This document shows, piece by piece, positions 38,080-48,002 of a DNA stretch of 48,002 nt. The position numbers and the translations under genes were made by a program. Source of the stretch: Candidatus Dojkabacteria bacterium (lineage in GTDB: Bacteria; Patescibacteriota; Dojkabacteria; J137). The DNA is taken from positions 1 through 48,002 of the forward strand of contig CALDYZ010000020.1 in NCBI GenBank assembly GCA_937944235.1. The letters run 5' to 3'. Every line of letters begins with the position of its first letter. Positions within the stretch are counted from its first letter, which is position 1. The notes beneath the pieces were generated by a model. It was not told the DNA's origin, did no database searches, and was given only the letters and a program-made list of their open reading frames with translations.

Positions 38080-38107
38080 CTATTTTAAGTTATTTTATTT
38101 GTTATAG

Positions 38108-39745
<1,638 letters not shown>

Positions 39746-39780
39746 GGTTTTGATTATTGCGCGTTTCAAAAAACTCAAGA

Positions 39781-39814
39781 AGCGAACCAAACAAAAATTT
39801 GGTTCGCTTTTTTT
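39781..39814 (+). terminator. Rho-independent terminator of groESL
   Basis: Perfect 11-bp stem AGCGAACCAAA / TTTGGTTCGCT, 6-nt loop, followed by a run of T residues. Confidence 0.85.
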
Positions 39815-39887
39815 AGGCGAAGATATTGAGTTATTAATTTTTTTATGTTTATACTATTTTAATGTGTATTTATATATATTTTTTGTT

Positions 39888-40256
39888 ATGAAAAACTTAA
39901 TAAGTCTAATTCTGAGTTTGTTACTTGTTTTTCTTTCTTATAATATCAGCGTGTTTGCTAATGCTGGAGGATTTGTTCCAAGAATACCAAATCCTAGTAA
40001 ATTCAATACTGGTGAGGATATAATCAATGCACTAGCTGGTCTGATTAGACCTGCTTTCTTGATTGGTTTTGCTGCAATGTTGTTTTTTGGTGCGTGGACA
40101 TACCTTACAGCAGGTCCTGACGATGGTAAAATTAAGAATGCAAAAAATATAATTACTGCAGCCATTGGTGGTTTTATATTGGCGGTGCTGGCACCAACAA
40201 TCATGAATTTTATTGGCGGTTTACTTGGTGTACAAGGTGGTTTAACAATTTTGTAA
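39888..40256 (+). CDS. TrbC/VirB2-like (T4SS-pilin-type) small membrane protein, paralog 1
   Basis: Signal peptide MKNLISLILSLLLVFLSYNISVFANA, TM1 LIRPAFLIGFAAMLFFGAWTYL, loop TAGPDDGKIKNAKN, TM2 IITAAIGGFILAVLAPTIMNFIGG. The start at 39888 lies downstream of the groESL terminator. Confidence 0.75.
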   Translation: MKNLISLILSLLLVFLSYNISVFANAGGFVPRIPNPSKFNTGEDIINALAGLIRPAFLIGFAAMLFFGAWTYLTAGPDDGKIKNAKNIITAAIGGFILAVLAPTIMNFIGGLLGVQGGLTIL

Positions 40257-40257
40257 A

Positions 40258-40866
40258 ATGAGAGTTTTACTTTTTATTATTTTTTTTGCTGCTATTATAT
40301 TTTTGTACAATTCATATTTGTCAGCTAATGAAGGTAGTGATCCGTGTGCTATTGTTAAAAGCCAGTGTCCCAAACCTTGTAAAGGTATTCAGAATGAGCT
40401 TAATTGTTACATACCTAATTTTGATTGTTTATCTAAAAAACCATTAGAACCGAAGTTATCGTGTTGTATATCTAAATGTAAGGATAGTGCAAAATCGGGT
40501 TTTAATGAAAATGAACTGAAGGAATTTTATCGGACTTTTAATTTTTTTGGCACGAAGGTCAACGTAAATACTAGTAGTTTGGTGGGATGGGTTACTCTGT
40601 CAGTGCAAGCTTTCCTAGCTGTTGTTTCTGTTGTAGCTTTATTAAGAGGGATTAAGGCAGGAGCATTTGATTTACCAAGAGGAGATAAACTTGAAGAAGT
40701 AAAAAAAGATGTGAGGAATACTTTATTAGGTTTTTTCTTAGCATGGGGTGCTATTTTTATTATCCAAGTCGTACTTTCTGTGCTAGGTATACCTGGTTTG
40801 AACGAGTTGGTAATCATTGGAGATCAACCTGGTTCTAAAACTGGCGGTACTATAGTTATTAAATAG
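40258..40866 (+). CDS. Two-TM hairpin (pilin-like) paralog 2 with an 8-Cys N-terminal ectodomain
   Basis: Signal peptide, 8 Cys in about 50 aa (DPC..SQC..KPC..LNC..FDC..SCC..SKC), TM1 LVGWVTLSVQAFLAVVSVVALL, basic loop, TM2 TLLGFFLAWGAIFIIQVVLSVLGI. It begins 1 nt after paralog 1. Confidence 0.7.
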   Translation: MRVLLFIIFFAAIIFLYNSYLSANEGSDPCAIVKSQCPKPCKGIQNELNCYIPNFDCLSKKPLEPKLSCCISKCKDSAKSGFNENELKEFYRTFNFFGTKVNVNTSSLVGWVTLSVQAFLAVVSVVALLRGIKAGAFDLPRGDKLEEVKKDVRNTLLGFFLAWGAIFIIQVVLSVLGIPGLNELVIIGDQPGSKTGGTIVIK

Positions 40867-40888
40867 TTAATAATAATAATATAACAAT

Positions 40889-41377
40889 ATGATGTATCGA
40901 ATTTTAGTACAAATATTTCAAAATAGTGGATCTGATAAAATTTTACCTGAGCAAATATCTGATAAAATCAAGCCTATTGAAATCCCAATTTTCCCAATTG
41001 TGGTCGAAGGTTTTGATCCGAAATATTCCACCATTTTATCATGGTTATCTTTTGCTGGAGTAATCTTGACAATAATTGTTTTAGCAATTTTCATAGTGAG
41101 AATCGTTTTTTTAAGTTATAAAATGATAGTTCAAGGGTCAGAAAAGGAAGAAGTTGTTGGTGATGTATTTAAAAAATTTAGGTTGAATTTTGTAGGTTTA
41201 ATTATTACTTTTTTGACGCCAATTATATTATCTTTAATAGGTGGATTCCTAGGTATAGGTAACATTTTTCGGTGGCCAAAGATGTTTAGTTCTTGTTCTG
41301 GATCTGAATATGAATTCTATTTTGAAGCTTACTTAAGAGAAGGTACAGATGCCGACAATTTATGTTTTACTAATTAA
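40889..41377 (+). CDS. Two-TM hairpin (pilin-like) paralog 3
   Basis: TM1 ILSWLSFAGVILTIIVLAIFIVRIVFL, loop KMIVQGSEKEEVVGDVFKKFR, TM2 LNFVGLIITFLTPIILSLIGGFLGI. C-terminal tail with 2 Cys. Confidence 0.65.
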   Translation: MMYRILVQIFQNSGSDKILPEQISDKIKPIEIPIFPIVVEGFDPKYSTILSWLSFAGVILTIIVLAIFIVRIVFLSYKMIVQGSEKEEVVGDVFKKFRLNFVGLIITFLTPIILSLIGGFLGIGNIFRWPKMFSSCSGSEYEFYFEAYLREGTDADNLCFTN

Positions 41378-41394
41378 GTATTTATTTATGTTAT

Positions 41395-41775
41395 ATGAAT
41401 GAAAAACGTAACTATAATGCTTGTGATATTCTTGGCTGTCCAGAATCATTAATAGATGGCGGACAGATAGTATCTTCTGGTTCAAGTCTGGTCGAGTATG
41501 CAGTATCTTTGGTTTTCCCCGGGCTAATAGTTATTGGAGTCTTTGTGATAGTAAAATCTGCTTATAGGTTTATTAAAAGTGAAGGGGTAACTCAGGAAAT
41601 AGAATCTTCTCAAAAAGCAATAAAGAGAGTTTTTATTGGGATAATAATGCTGTTTTTGGGCTTTGTGGGTTATATATTGATACTAAGTTTTTTTAACGCA
41701 TCTAAAATAGATCTAAGTTCAGATAGTATTGAAAAACCTGGTGTTATAAAAAATATAGATGTCCCATTTATATAA
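41395..41775 (+). CDS. Two-TM hairpin (pilin-like) paralog 4
   Basis: N-terminal CDILGC pair, TM1 VSLVFPGLIVIGVFVIVKSAY, loop KSEGVTQEIESSQKAIKR, TM2 VFIGIIMLFLGFVGYILILSFF. Confidence 0.65.
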   Translation: MNEKRNYNACDILGCPESLIDGGQIVSSGSSLVEYAVSLVFPGLIVIGVFVIVKSAYRFIKSEGVTQEIESSQKAIKRVFIGIIMLFLGFVGYILILSFFNASKIDLSSDSIEKPGVIKNIDVPFI

Positions 41776-41805
41776 AAAAAAGATTTATTATGTATATGAA
41801 TAATT

Positions 41806-42609
41806 ATGAATATTACTAAATTCTTAATATCGTGCTTTGTCTGCTTCTTTTTAGCTATCAATAACAACATGCTTGTTGATACAATTTTTGCTCAAGGATT
41901 TTCTGGTAATGATCCTTCAAGCTACCAGTGTTTTGATTCCGAAGGAAAGAAATTGGATGTAAGGCCGACTCTAAAGGATGGTGTGATGACATGTGAATAC
42001 GAAGGCAAAACCTATCAAGCAGTACTAAAACCTGTAAGTTTACAGCAATTAGAAATATGGTTTATAAAAATAGTCTACTTTATATGGGCATTTGTTGCAA
42101 CGTTCTCTTTTGTTTTGTTACTTGGAGTAGCTTACCAATATATGATTTCTAGAAATGCTGGATCAGCTTTGGCACAGGCTCGTCAGAGAATTTTTCAATA
42201 TATTCTTGGTTTTGCGTTGGTGTTTTTAGCAGTACCAATACTTAGTACAATGTTTAGATTACTGGGAGTAGATGACTCGATAGAATGTTACTCTGGACTT
42301 AGTGGTGAAAATAATGTCGGTATTGGTTTTCAGTTTATATTTGCTGATTTGTGCACTGATCCAAAAGGCAAGTATCAGGATATACTAGGACATTTAGGCA
42401 GAGTAATCAATAGAGAAAGATCTAAAAGCCCTACTAATCCTATTGCTGTGCTAACAGCACTAAGAAATGAAATTGACAAAATAAATGGAACTGCATGTGA
42501 TGAAAGATCTTTTAGGGAAAATGTTCAGTGTATTGGAAATATCAAAGTAAGTATAGCATGTGTTAATGCTAGGTATAATGTAACAGTAGATTTTCCTTGT
42601 AATAAATAA
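41806..42609 (+). CDS. Two-TM hairpin (pilin-like) paralog 5 with Cys-containing N- and C-terminal ectodomains
   Basis: Signal peptide, 2-Cys N-module, TM1 IVYFIWAFVATFSFVLLLGVAYQYMI, loop SRNAGSALAQARQR, TM2 IFQYILGFALVFLAVPILSTMF, and a C-terminal ~110 aa with 6 Cys. Confidence 0.7.
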   Translation: MNITKFLISCFVCFFLAINNNMLVDTIFAQGFSGNDPSSYQCFDSEGKKLDVRPTLKDGVMTCEYEGKTYQAVLKPVSLQQLEIWFIKIVYFIWAFVATFSFVLLLGVAYQYMISRNAGSALAQARQRIFQYILGFALVFLAVPILSTMFRLLGVDDSIECYSGLSGENNVGIGFQFIFADLCTDPKGKYQDILGHLGRVINRERSKSPTNPIAVLTALRNEIDKINGTACDERSFRENVQCIGNIKVSIACVNARYNVTVDFPCNK

Positions 42610-42627
42610 AATTAAAAAGTAAGCAAA

Positions 42628-44013
42628 ATGTTTTACCTGAATTGTAAATCTTTATTTTTTAGAGTTTTCAGAAAAGGACATTTAATGTATGTTTTAGATA
42701 AAAAAACTGCTTTTGATCTAAAAAGTAGTTTACAATTAAATAATCTAAGATTCGTTTCGACTGAACTTAGTTTGGAGCAAATTTTATCTGGGAAACATGA
42801 AGTCACTATAGAATTTTTTAGATTTGCTGATGATTTAAAATTATTAACACTATCCGACGTTTCATCGAAAGATTCTAATCATGTAGACAGTAAAATAATC
42901 ATAGACAGAAAGAATTTAATTAATAATACTAGATCACTTCTCAGTGAATTGGAAGTGAATCAAGATTCATTAGATAAATATCTGCGTAAAATTCAGCTGA
43001 GATTTTTTGAAAGTCAGATCAAAATTTACGATGATTCGATAAATAACAGCAAAAAAGACCATGAAACTAATCTAGAAAATTTAATATCTCAAAGAACTGC
43101 TTTTGAAAAATTAGTAAAAGATTTGAGTTATTTTCAAAATAAACTAAATTCAGTTGACCAACAAATTCAAAAACTACATGGACTGTTCCAAAATTTAGAT
43201 TTAAAAAAATATGTAGAAGATTTAAAAGTGAAAAGATTGATGCTTGTAAACCAGAAATTGAGAAATCCAACCATTGGTAATATACATAGTTCTTCTGTGG
43301 ATGAAAAGTTATCAGAGTTTGATAGCTTTGTAGGTGAAGGTATATTGATTCTTTCATTTGTACAAATTTTAGTGGCAACTTTATTTTTTGTAAATTTAGG
43401 TTTTGTGAAGGAAAATATAATATTTTCTACTTTTTACTTAATCTTTAATTTCTTTTCTTTTTTAATATTCAACAAATTGAGATTTAAACAAAAATTTGAA
43501 AGATTTTTAGACTCTTCCGAATCTCAAAAATACGAATTCGAGAAATTAGTAGGAACATTATCAAAAGAAACTGTAGAAAAAGTAAAACAAATATCTTACT
43601 TAGAAGCTTTGAATTATGAAAAAAAAATTATAGAAAAATCAATGAATTTTTTGAGTGGTGGTAAAAGCGTAGATGAATTAAAAATTACAATAGAAGAATT
43701 AGATAAAAAAATTAATGAATCGGTCAATTTAGATGACCGTTGGATAATTGATGAGGATCAATATTATTACTGCAAAAGAGAAATAAATCTACTTAAATTA
43801 GAAGTCGATGATTATGATGCTGAGATTGAAGTAGAAAATTTAAATAAATTTGCAAGTGTGGGTGATTTTTTATCAAAATTACATCTTATGAAAGATGAGT
43901 ATATGTTGCCATTATTTATACAAGTTGATAGTGGTTTTGATTACAATAAAGATTTTGATCCACAAAGATATGATATCAAAGATAAACAAATTATATTTAT
44001 AAGTTTTGCATAG
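42628..44013 (+). CDS. Coiled-coil membrane protein (two central TM helices), unknown family
   Basis: 461-aa ORF. Heptad-rich segments flank the TM pair ILILSFVQILVATLFFVNLGF / IIFSTFYLIFNFFSFLIF. An alternative start is the Met at 42685. Confidence 0.65.
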   Translation: MFYLNCKSLFFRVFRKGHLMYVLDKKTAFDLKSSLQLNNLRFVSTELSLEQILSGKHEVTIEFFRFADDLKLLTLSDVSSKDSNHVDSKIIIDRKNLINNTRSLLSELEVNQDSLDKYLRKIQLRFFESQIKIYDDSINNSKKDHETNLENLISQRTAFEKLVKDLSYFQNKLNSVDQQIQKLHGLFQNLDLKKYVEDLKVKRLMLVNQKLRNPTIGNIHSSSVDEKLSEFDSFVGEGILILSFVQILVATLFFVNLGFVKENIIFSTFYLIFNFFSFLIFNKLRFKQKFERFLDSSESQKYEFEKLVGTLSKETVEKVKQISYLEALNYEKKIIEKSMNFLSGGKSVDELKITIEELDKKINESVNLDDRWIIDEDQYYYCKREINLLKLEVDDYDAEIEVENLNKFASVGDFLSKLHLMKDEYMLPLFIQVDSGFDYNKDFDPQRYDIKDKQIIFISFA

Positions 44014-44101
44014 AAATTAGTGCTAGAAACTGGAAATATGAATTACTTGAGAAAGTTTTATAGAAATATTAAAATTTGATTTAGTGTTAAATTTTAACTT
44101 A

Positions 44102-45916
44102 ATGTTATCAAAATTGTTTATTTTCCCATTTTGTTTTCTTGTTTGGTCGTTTTTAGCTCCTCAATTAGTATTTGGGCAAAGTTCTATAGACTTTCAAAAT
44201 CTAATAGCTAGTAAAGAGTACGAGCTAAATGAGTTAAATAAAAAAATCAAAGATATAGAGGAAAAATCAAAGTTGATTTCTTTAGATTTATTAAAAACAA
44301 GTTCTGAATTAGAAAAATTAGACAGAGAGTTAGTTTACTATGAAAATGAAATTGAGAAGATTAATTTATTTAGACAAAGATCATTATTGGAAATTGAGAT
44401 ACATAAATCTAAAAAAAAAGAATTAAGCTTGATACAAAATGCTGCATCAAAGATCACATACAAGAATTGGAGGTCAAGTAATATATTGCAAAAAACTTCA
44501 ATATTCTTCGTAACAGAGCTATATGATCCGAAAAGATATGAAAAATACAATGATACGTATTTTAGTAATGTTGATTTAAGTATAACTGATGTTTCTAGGA
44601 ATATATTGTTTTTGGATGAACAGATATCAAGAACTGCTGAAGGGATCAATGATTTCAACAAAATCAAAAAGGATTTAGTAGCAAAAAAAGCAGAGATACA
44701 ACAAAGTTTGTATTTGTTGAGTAATGAGAGGAACAGCTACAGAAAAGAGTATTTGTCAATTAGTGACAATATAAATAAGTTGAAGTCTGATATAACCTTT
44801 TTAAGTAATGAGCAAAAAAAAGCAATTGAGAGAGAAATTATGATGTTAGCTAATGCTAATCCAAGTAATAATCAAGTTTCTTTACAGCCCGGTGAATTTT
44901 ACTTTAAAGGTCAGGGAAGAGATTTATATCAAGGACATGGAGTAGGTATGAGTCAATTTGGTGCCCATGGAGCTGCTTTAAACGGCTATAGTTATGACCA
45001 AATTCTGAAATTTTATTATCAAGGAGTTGAAATTTCTGACTTGCATCATACACAAAACATAATGGTTGATGGTTATGGGTATATGGATATTGAAGACTAT
45101 GTATCAGGACAGGGAGAGGTCCCAGCTTATGCGTGCGGAACACAAGATCAAATTGATGAATGGCGGATATACGCAGATGTTCAAGGTTGGGAACACAATG
45201 ATCCTAGGAGAAAAAAGTATGTAATTGATGATACTTCTACTATATGGGATTGCTGGCCAGAAGAAGCAATAAAAGCTCAAGTTGTTGCTTTTAGAACCTA
45301 TGCTTTAAATTATGTATCCAGGAAAGGTTCCATATGTACCTCGGCTGCTTGTCAGGTGTATAAAAACAATAAAAATTCAGCATGGGCTGCAGAGGAGACC
45401 AAAGGTAAGGTTATTACTTACAGTGGTGAATTGATAGAGGCCCTTTACTCTTCGGATAACAATCAAGGTTATGGTACTGCAAACAACGATACCGTGTTTA
45501 CCAATTTTCATGGTGATGGAACACCATACCCGTATTTAAGGTCTGTAAATGACAGTACTTTTGCAACAAAAACGTTTTATTCCAATTGGAAATATAATAC
45601 TAGAAAATATACTTTTGAAAGCATTTTTCAGATGCTTAGTTACATAGCCTATGCACCCAATAGTGATATAGATAGATATGATAGTTTTGTCCGAAATAAT
45701 ACAAAGTCCTTAATAAATGGATCGATAAGTATTAATTCTATATCTTTAGAATTAGATCCATCTAAGAGGGTTAAGAAAGTTTTTATTCAATTTGATAATG
45801 GGAGTATAAAAAGCATCAGCGGTTATTGGTTTAAATATATGTGGAATGTTTGGTCGTTTTATACAGGTAGTTATGACTATATTTATAGTCAGACGTTTGC
45901 CTTAGCATATGAATAA
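44102..45916 (+). CDS. Secreted coiled-coil + SpoIID/LytB-domain protein
   Basis: Signal peptide MLSKLFIFPFCFLVWSFLAPQLVFGQ, about 230 aa of coiled coil, then SpoIID motifs GHGVGMSQFGA, AIKAQVVAFRTYALNY, CTSAACQVYK, ETKGKVITYSGELIEALYSS. The track start (44084) is a GTG; the ATG is at 44102. Confidence 0.85.
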   Translation: MLSKLFIFPFCFLVWSFLAPQLVFGQSSIDFQNLIASKEYELNELNKKIKDIEEKSKLISLDLLKTSSELEKLDRELVYYENEIEKINLFRQRSLLEIEIHKSKKKELSLIQNAASKITYKNWRSSNILQKTSIFFVTELYDPKRYEKYNDTYFSNVDLSITDVSRNILFLDEQISRTAEGINDFNKIKKDLVAKKAEIQQSLYLLSNERNSYRKEYLSISDNINKLKSDITFLSNEQKKAIEREIMMLANANPSNNQVSLQPGEFYFKGQGRDLYQGHGVGMSQFGAHGAALNGYSYDQILKFYYQGVEISDLHHTQNIMVDGYGYMDIEDYVSGQGEVPAYACGTQDQIDEWRIYADVQGWEHNDPRRKKYVIDDTSTIWDCWPEEAIKAQVVAFRTYALNYVSRKGSICTSAACQVYKNNKNSAWAAEETKGKVITYSGELIEALYSSDNNQGYGTANNDTVFTNFHGDGTPYPYLRSVNDSTFATKTFYSNWKYNTRKYTFESIFQMLSYIAYAPNSDIDRYDSFVRNNTKSLINGSISINSISLELDPSKRVKKVFIQFDNGSIKSISGYWFKYMWNVWSFYTGSYDYIYSQTFALAYE

Positions 45917-46526
45917 ATCTTATTTAAAAAGAAAAATATTGGAGGATATTCTGAAGAATCAGGAATATCGCAGGTGTGCAAATGAATTAAAAAGAAAAAT
46001 TTATTTTAATGGACAGAATCCAGACGAAGTTATTTTTGCAAAGTTAAGGAGTTCATATATTAGAAACATTTCTTGGCTAATTGAAATATTATTTCTTTTT
46101 GTTTTGCCCATTTTGTTACCTGAATTAATAAATTTTATGAACAGTCTAAATGTAATTATTATTGAAAAAACTTTTTTAAGTTATACAGTTATTTTCGTCG
46201 CATATTACAGTATTTTATTAACTTTTTTTGTTTACAAGTTTTTAGACTGGTATTTAGATATTTACTTAGTGACCAGTCAAAGACTTATAGAAATAGTATT
46301 TAGGCCTTATGGTGACATTTACACAAAAGAAATATGGTTAGGAGATATAGATACTATAAAAACTAGTAGCTCTGGATTATTAGGACTTATTTTGAATTAT
46401 GGGGACATTAAAATTATAACTCGTACTGAAAGTGGAGGAGCAGAATTAAAATATATATCTAATTTTAACAAAGTTAAGAATTTGATATCTGATTTAAGTA
46501 AAATTAGTAAAAAGTATGAAAATTAG
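45909..46526 (+). CDS. Bacterial PH-domain (bPH_2/YdbT-like) membrane protein
   Basis: Two TM helices, then LDWYLDIYLVTSQRLIEIVFRPYGDIYTKEIWLGDIDTIKTSSSGLLGLILNYGDIKIIT. It overlaps the SpoIID-gene stop by 8 nt. Confidence 0.75.
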   Translation: MNKSYLKRKILEDILKNQEYRRCANELKRKIYFNGQNPDEVIFAKLRSSYIRNISWLIEILFLFVLPILLPELINFMNSLNVIIIEKTFLSYTVIFVAYYSILLTFFVYKFLDWYLDIYLVTSQRLIEIVFRPYGDIYTKEIWLGDIDTIKTSSSGLLGLILNYGDIKIITRTESGGAELKYISNFNKVKNLISDLSKISKKYEN

Positions 46527-46547
46527 AATTATTTAAACAAAGAAAGA

Positions 46548-46757
46548 ATGTTTGAAGATAATTTATACAATTTCATAAAGATTTGTCTTTTATTAGTTAG
46601 CGTAGTGCATGTTGTTTTTGCTACTTTGTTGTATTTACAAGTTAATAGATATACTAGGATATTGGTCTTACATGACAATAAATTCATAATTATTGCAAAG
46701 AAAATATATATGTTGATAGTATTATTAAGTAGCTTAATAATTATGTTTGTAACATGA
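46548..46757 (+). CDS. Small hypothetical two-TM protein
   Basis: 69-aa ORF with hydrophobic segments ICLLLVSVVHVVFATLLYL and IYMLIVLLSSLIIMFV. Its stop overlaps the next start (ATGA). Confidence 0.45.
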   Translation: MFEDNLYNFIKICLLLVSVVHVVFATLLYLQVNRYTRILVLHDNKFIIIAKKIYMLIVLLSSLIIMFVT

Positions 46758-48002
46758 GTAAGTTTGTTTCGGAGTATTTAGTTAAAAATAATTTGGAAGG
46801 TGTTATTTCTTCTATATATGGTAGTCAACTTAACTTACCAGAACGTGAAGTGAATTTGTTAATTTTATTAAGTACTTCTGCTAATAAACAAAACAGAGAA
46901 TTATCGATTATTAATAAATTCATATCTGACGATTTACTTGCTTTTATTTCGGCCGAGATTTCGGCAGGTCGAGAAAATATGGATGTTCTAGAAAAAGTTC
47001 AATTAAGATTAGAATATGTAGTGAACAATGTTTTGGAAAAAGATGTAGAGTTGTCTGAGACAGGAATAGATATAAATATGATATTTGTTATTTTAGAAGA
47101 AGAATACTTTTATATATACACTTTTGGAGAAGTTTTCGCTTATTTGAAGAGACTAGATAAGTTTGTTTCAATATCTGATTTGTTAAATCAGGCATCCAAG
47201 CGGAATCACATTAAATTGGGTAGTATGCACCTGCAGGATTCAGATAGATTAGTTTTGGGAATACTTGCTGACAAAAATAAGGAAGATTTGGATCTTATTT
47301 TACATGAAATTCTTGATAAACTTGATTTGCAAATTTTATCAAAATTTTCAAGTTTCGTATCTACCTGTTTGGCTAATTCTGAAGATTCGTGGCCGGTTGA
47401 TTCTGTTAGTAAGGTGAATTTGCAAGATTCAGACAATACTTTAAAAATTAATGAAACGAATCCTAAAGCTGTTAAGACTGAAAATGGTTATGCTGCAAAT
47501 ACAAGTGTAGAATATGAAAAAGAAAGCGAATCCTATCATTTTGAATATCGAACAAATTCCTATTTTTCTAAGTTAACTCCTAATTTGTTTAACTTTTTTT
47601 ATCAGTTACTGGAGAGTGTATTTAAAAATAAAAAGAGATCTCAATCTGGGGATAATTCTGAAAATAGTACTTCTAGTAAACAAAATACATTTTTACAGAA
47701 GACGATCAGAGATTTTGTGTTAAAAATCCAGAATTTTATTAGATCAGAGGGCTTTGTTTTTTTGAGATCAAGATTTATATTATTTTTAAACCAGATTTTA
47801 TCATACATTAAAAAACTTTTATTCGTACCATCTGACATAAATCCAAGAAACAGAGTTTATTATCACAAGGTAGTTACAAGAAATAGACTCATTTTAGTTG
47901 TTGTTTTTGTTTTACTTGTAGTTTATGTGTATAACTCTTATAAAAATGCGGAAATACAAAGACAGGAAATCTTATATAAGGAAAGGGTAACTACTGATTT
48001 TA
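46754..48002 (+). CDS. Partial CDS (3' end outside the window): degenerate PP2C-like N-domain, linker, TM helix
   Basis: My own translation from the ATG at 46754 is open for 416 codons to the window edge; this ORF is not in the supplied track. GIDINMIFVILEEEYFYIYTFGEVFAYL and MHLQDSDRLVLG resemble PP2C strands, with the GDSRAY Asp replaced by Glu. TM LILVVVFVLLVVYVY lies near the end. Confidence 0.6.
   Translation, partial: MSKFVSEYLVKNNLEGVISSIYGSQLNLPEREVNLLILLSTSANKQNRELSIINKFISDDLLAFISAEISAGRENMDVLEKVQLRLEYVVNNVLEKDVELSETGIDINMIFVILEEEYFYIYTFGEVFAYLKRLDKFVSISDLLNQASKRNHIKLGSMHLQDSDRLVLGILADKNKEDLDLILHEILDKLDLQILSKFSSFVSTCLANSEDSWPVDSVSKVNLQDSDNTLKINETNPKAVKTENGYAANTSVEYEKESESYHFEYRTNSYFSKLTPNLFNFFYQLLESVFKNKKRSQSGDNSENSTSSKQNTFLQKTIRDFVLKIQNFIRSEGFVFLRSRFILFLNQILSYIKKLLFVPSDINPRNRVYYHKVVTRNRLILVVVFVLLVVYVYNSYKNAEIQRQEILYKERVTTDF

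Noticed and set aside
39750-39887. N-terminal extension of the first pilin-like ORF (track start 39750).
   Set aside because: The extension runs through the strong groESL rho-independent terminator (39781-39814) and encodes no sensible sequence. The ATG at 39888 gives a clean signal peptide.
39888-42609. Type IV (prepilin-type) pilins.
   Set aside because: None of the five proteins has the G/FTLIE-type class III signal peptide or a conserved Glu5. Their two-TM hairpin is the VirB2/TrbC topology, not the T4P topology.

Overview
Strongly AT-rich, gene-dense window (about 90% coding) that uses the standard code: TGA ends several long conserved genes, so there is no UGA recoding. I found no rRNA, CRISPR array, transposase, integrase or phage gene. 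Gene content points to a small-genome, Gram-positive-like bacterium. My guess is Patescibacteria/CPR, based on a eukaryote-like IleRS, a sortase, TrbC/VirB2-like pilin paralogs, many small membrane proteins and Shine-Dalgarno-less starts. This placement is inference only. Recognisable housekeeping genes are pcrA/uvrD, trmD, rpsO, ftsA-ftsZ, rpoD, rny, ileS-parA-parB, ruvX-mltG, comF, yidC, rplY(ctc) and groES-groEL. RNA genes are four tRNAs (Ser-CGA, Arg-GCG, Pro-UGG, Asn-GUU) and a long tmRNA. The best candidate for an undescribed system is the operon that starts right after the groESL terminator (39888 to the window end). It holds five tandem, divergent two-TM hairpin proteins with VirB2/TrbC pilin topology and Cys-rich ectodomains. 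These are followed by a coiled-coil membrane protein, a coiled-coil-SpoIID fusion, a bPH membrane protein and a degenerate PP2C-like membrane protein, with no secretion ATPase in view. Second-tier candidates: (1) a tightly packed three-gene module of a Lon-like AAA+ without protease domain, a second FtsA-like actin ATPase and a 608-aa bitopic protein (33486-37650); (2) an acyltransferase/deacetylase-like fusion next to a C39-like peptidase; (3) a reversed HEPN-nucleotidyltransferase fusion; (4) a cell-wall amidase translationally coupled to parB. All family assignments come from motif recognition by eye and need HMM or structure confirmation.
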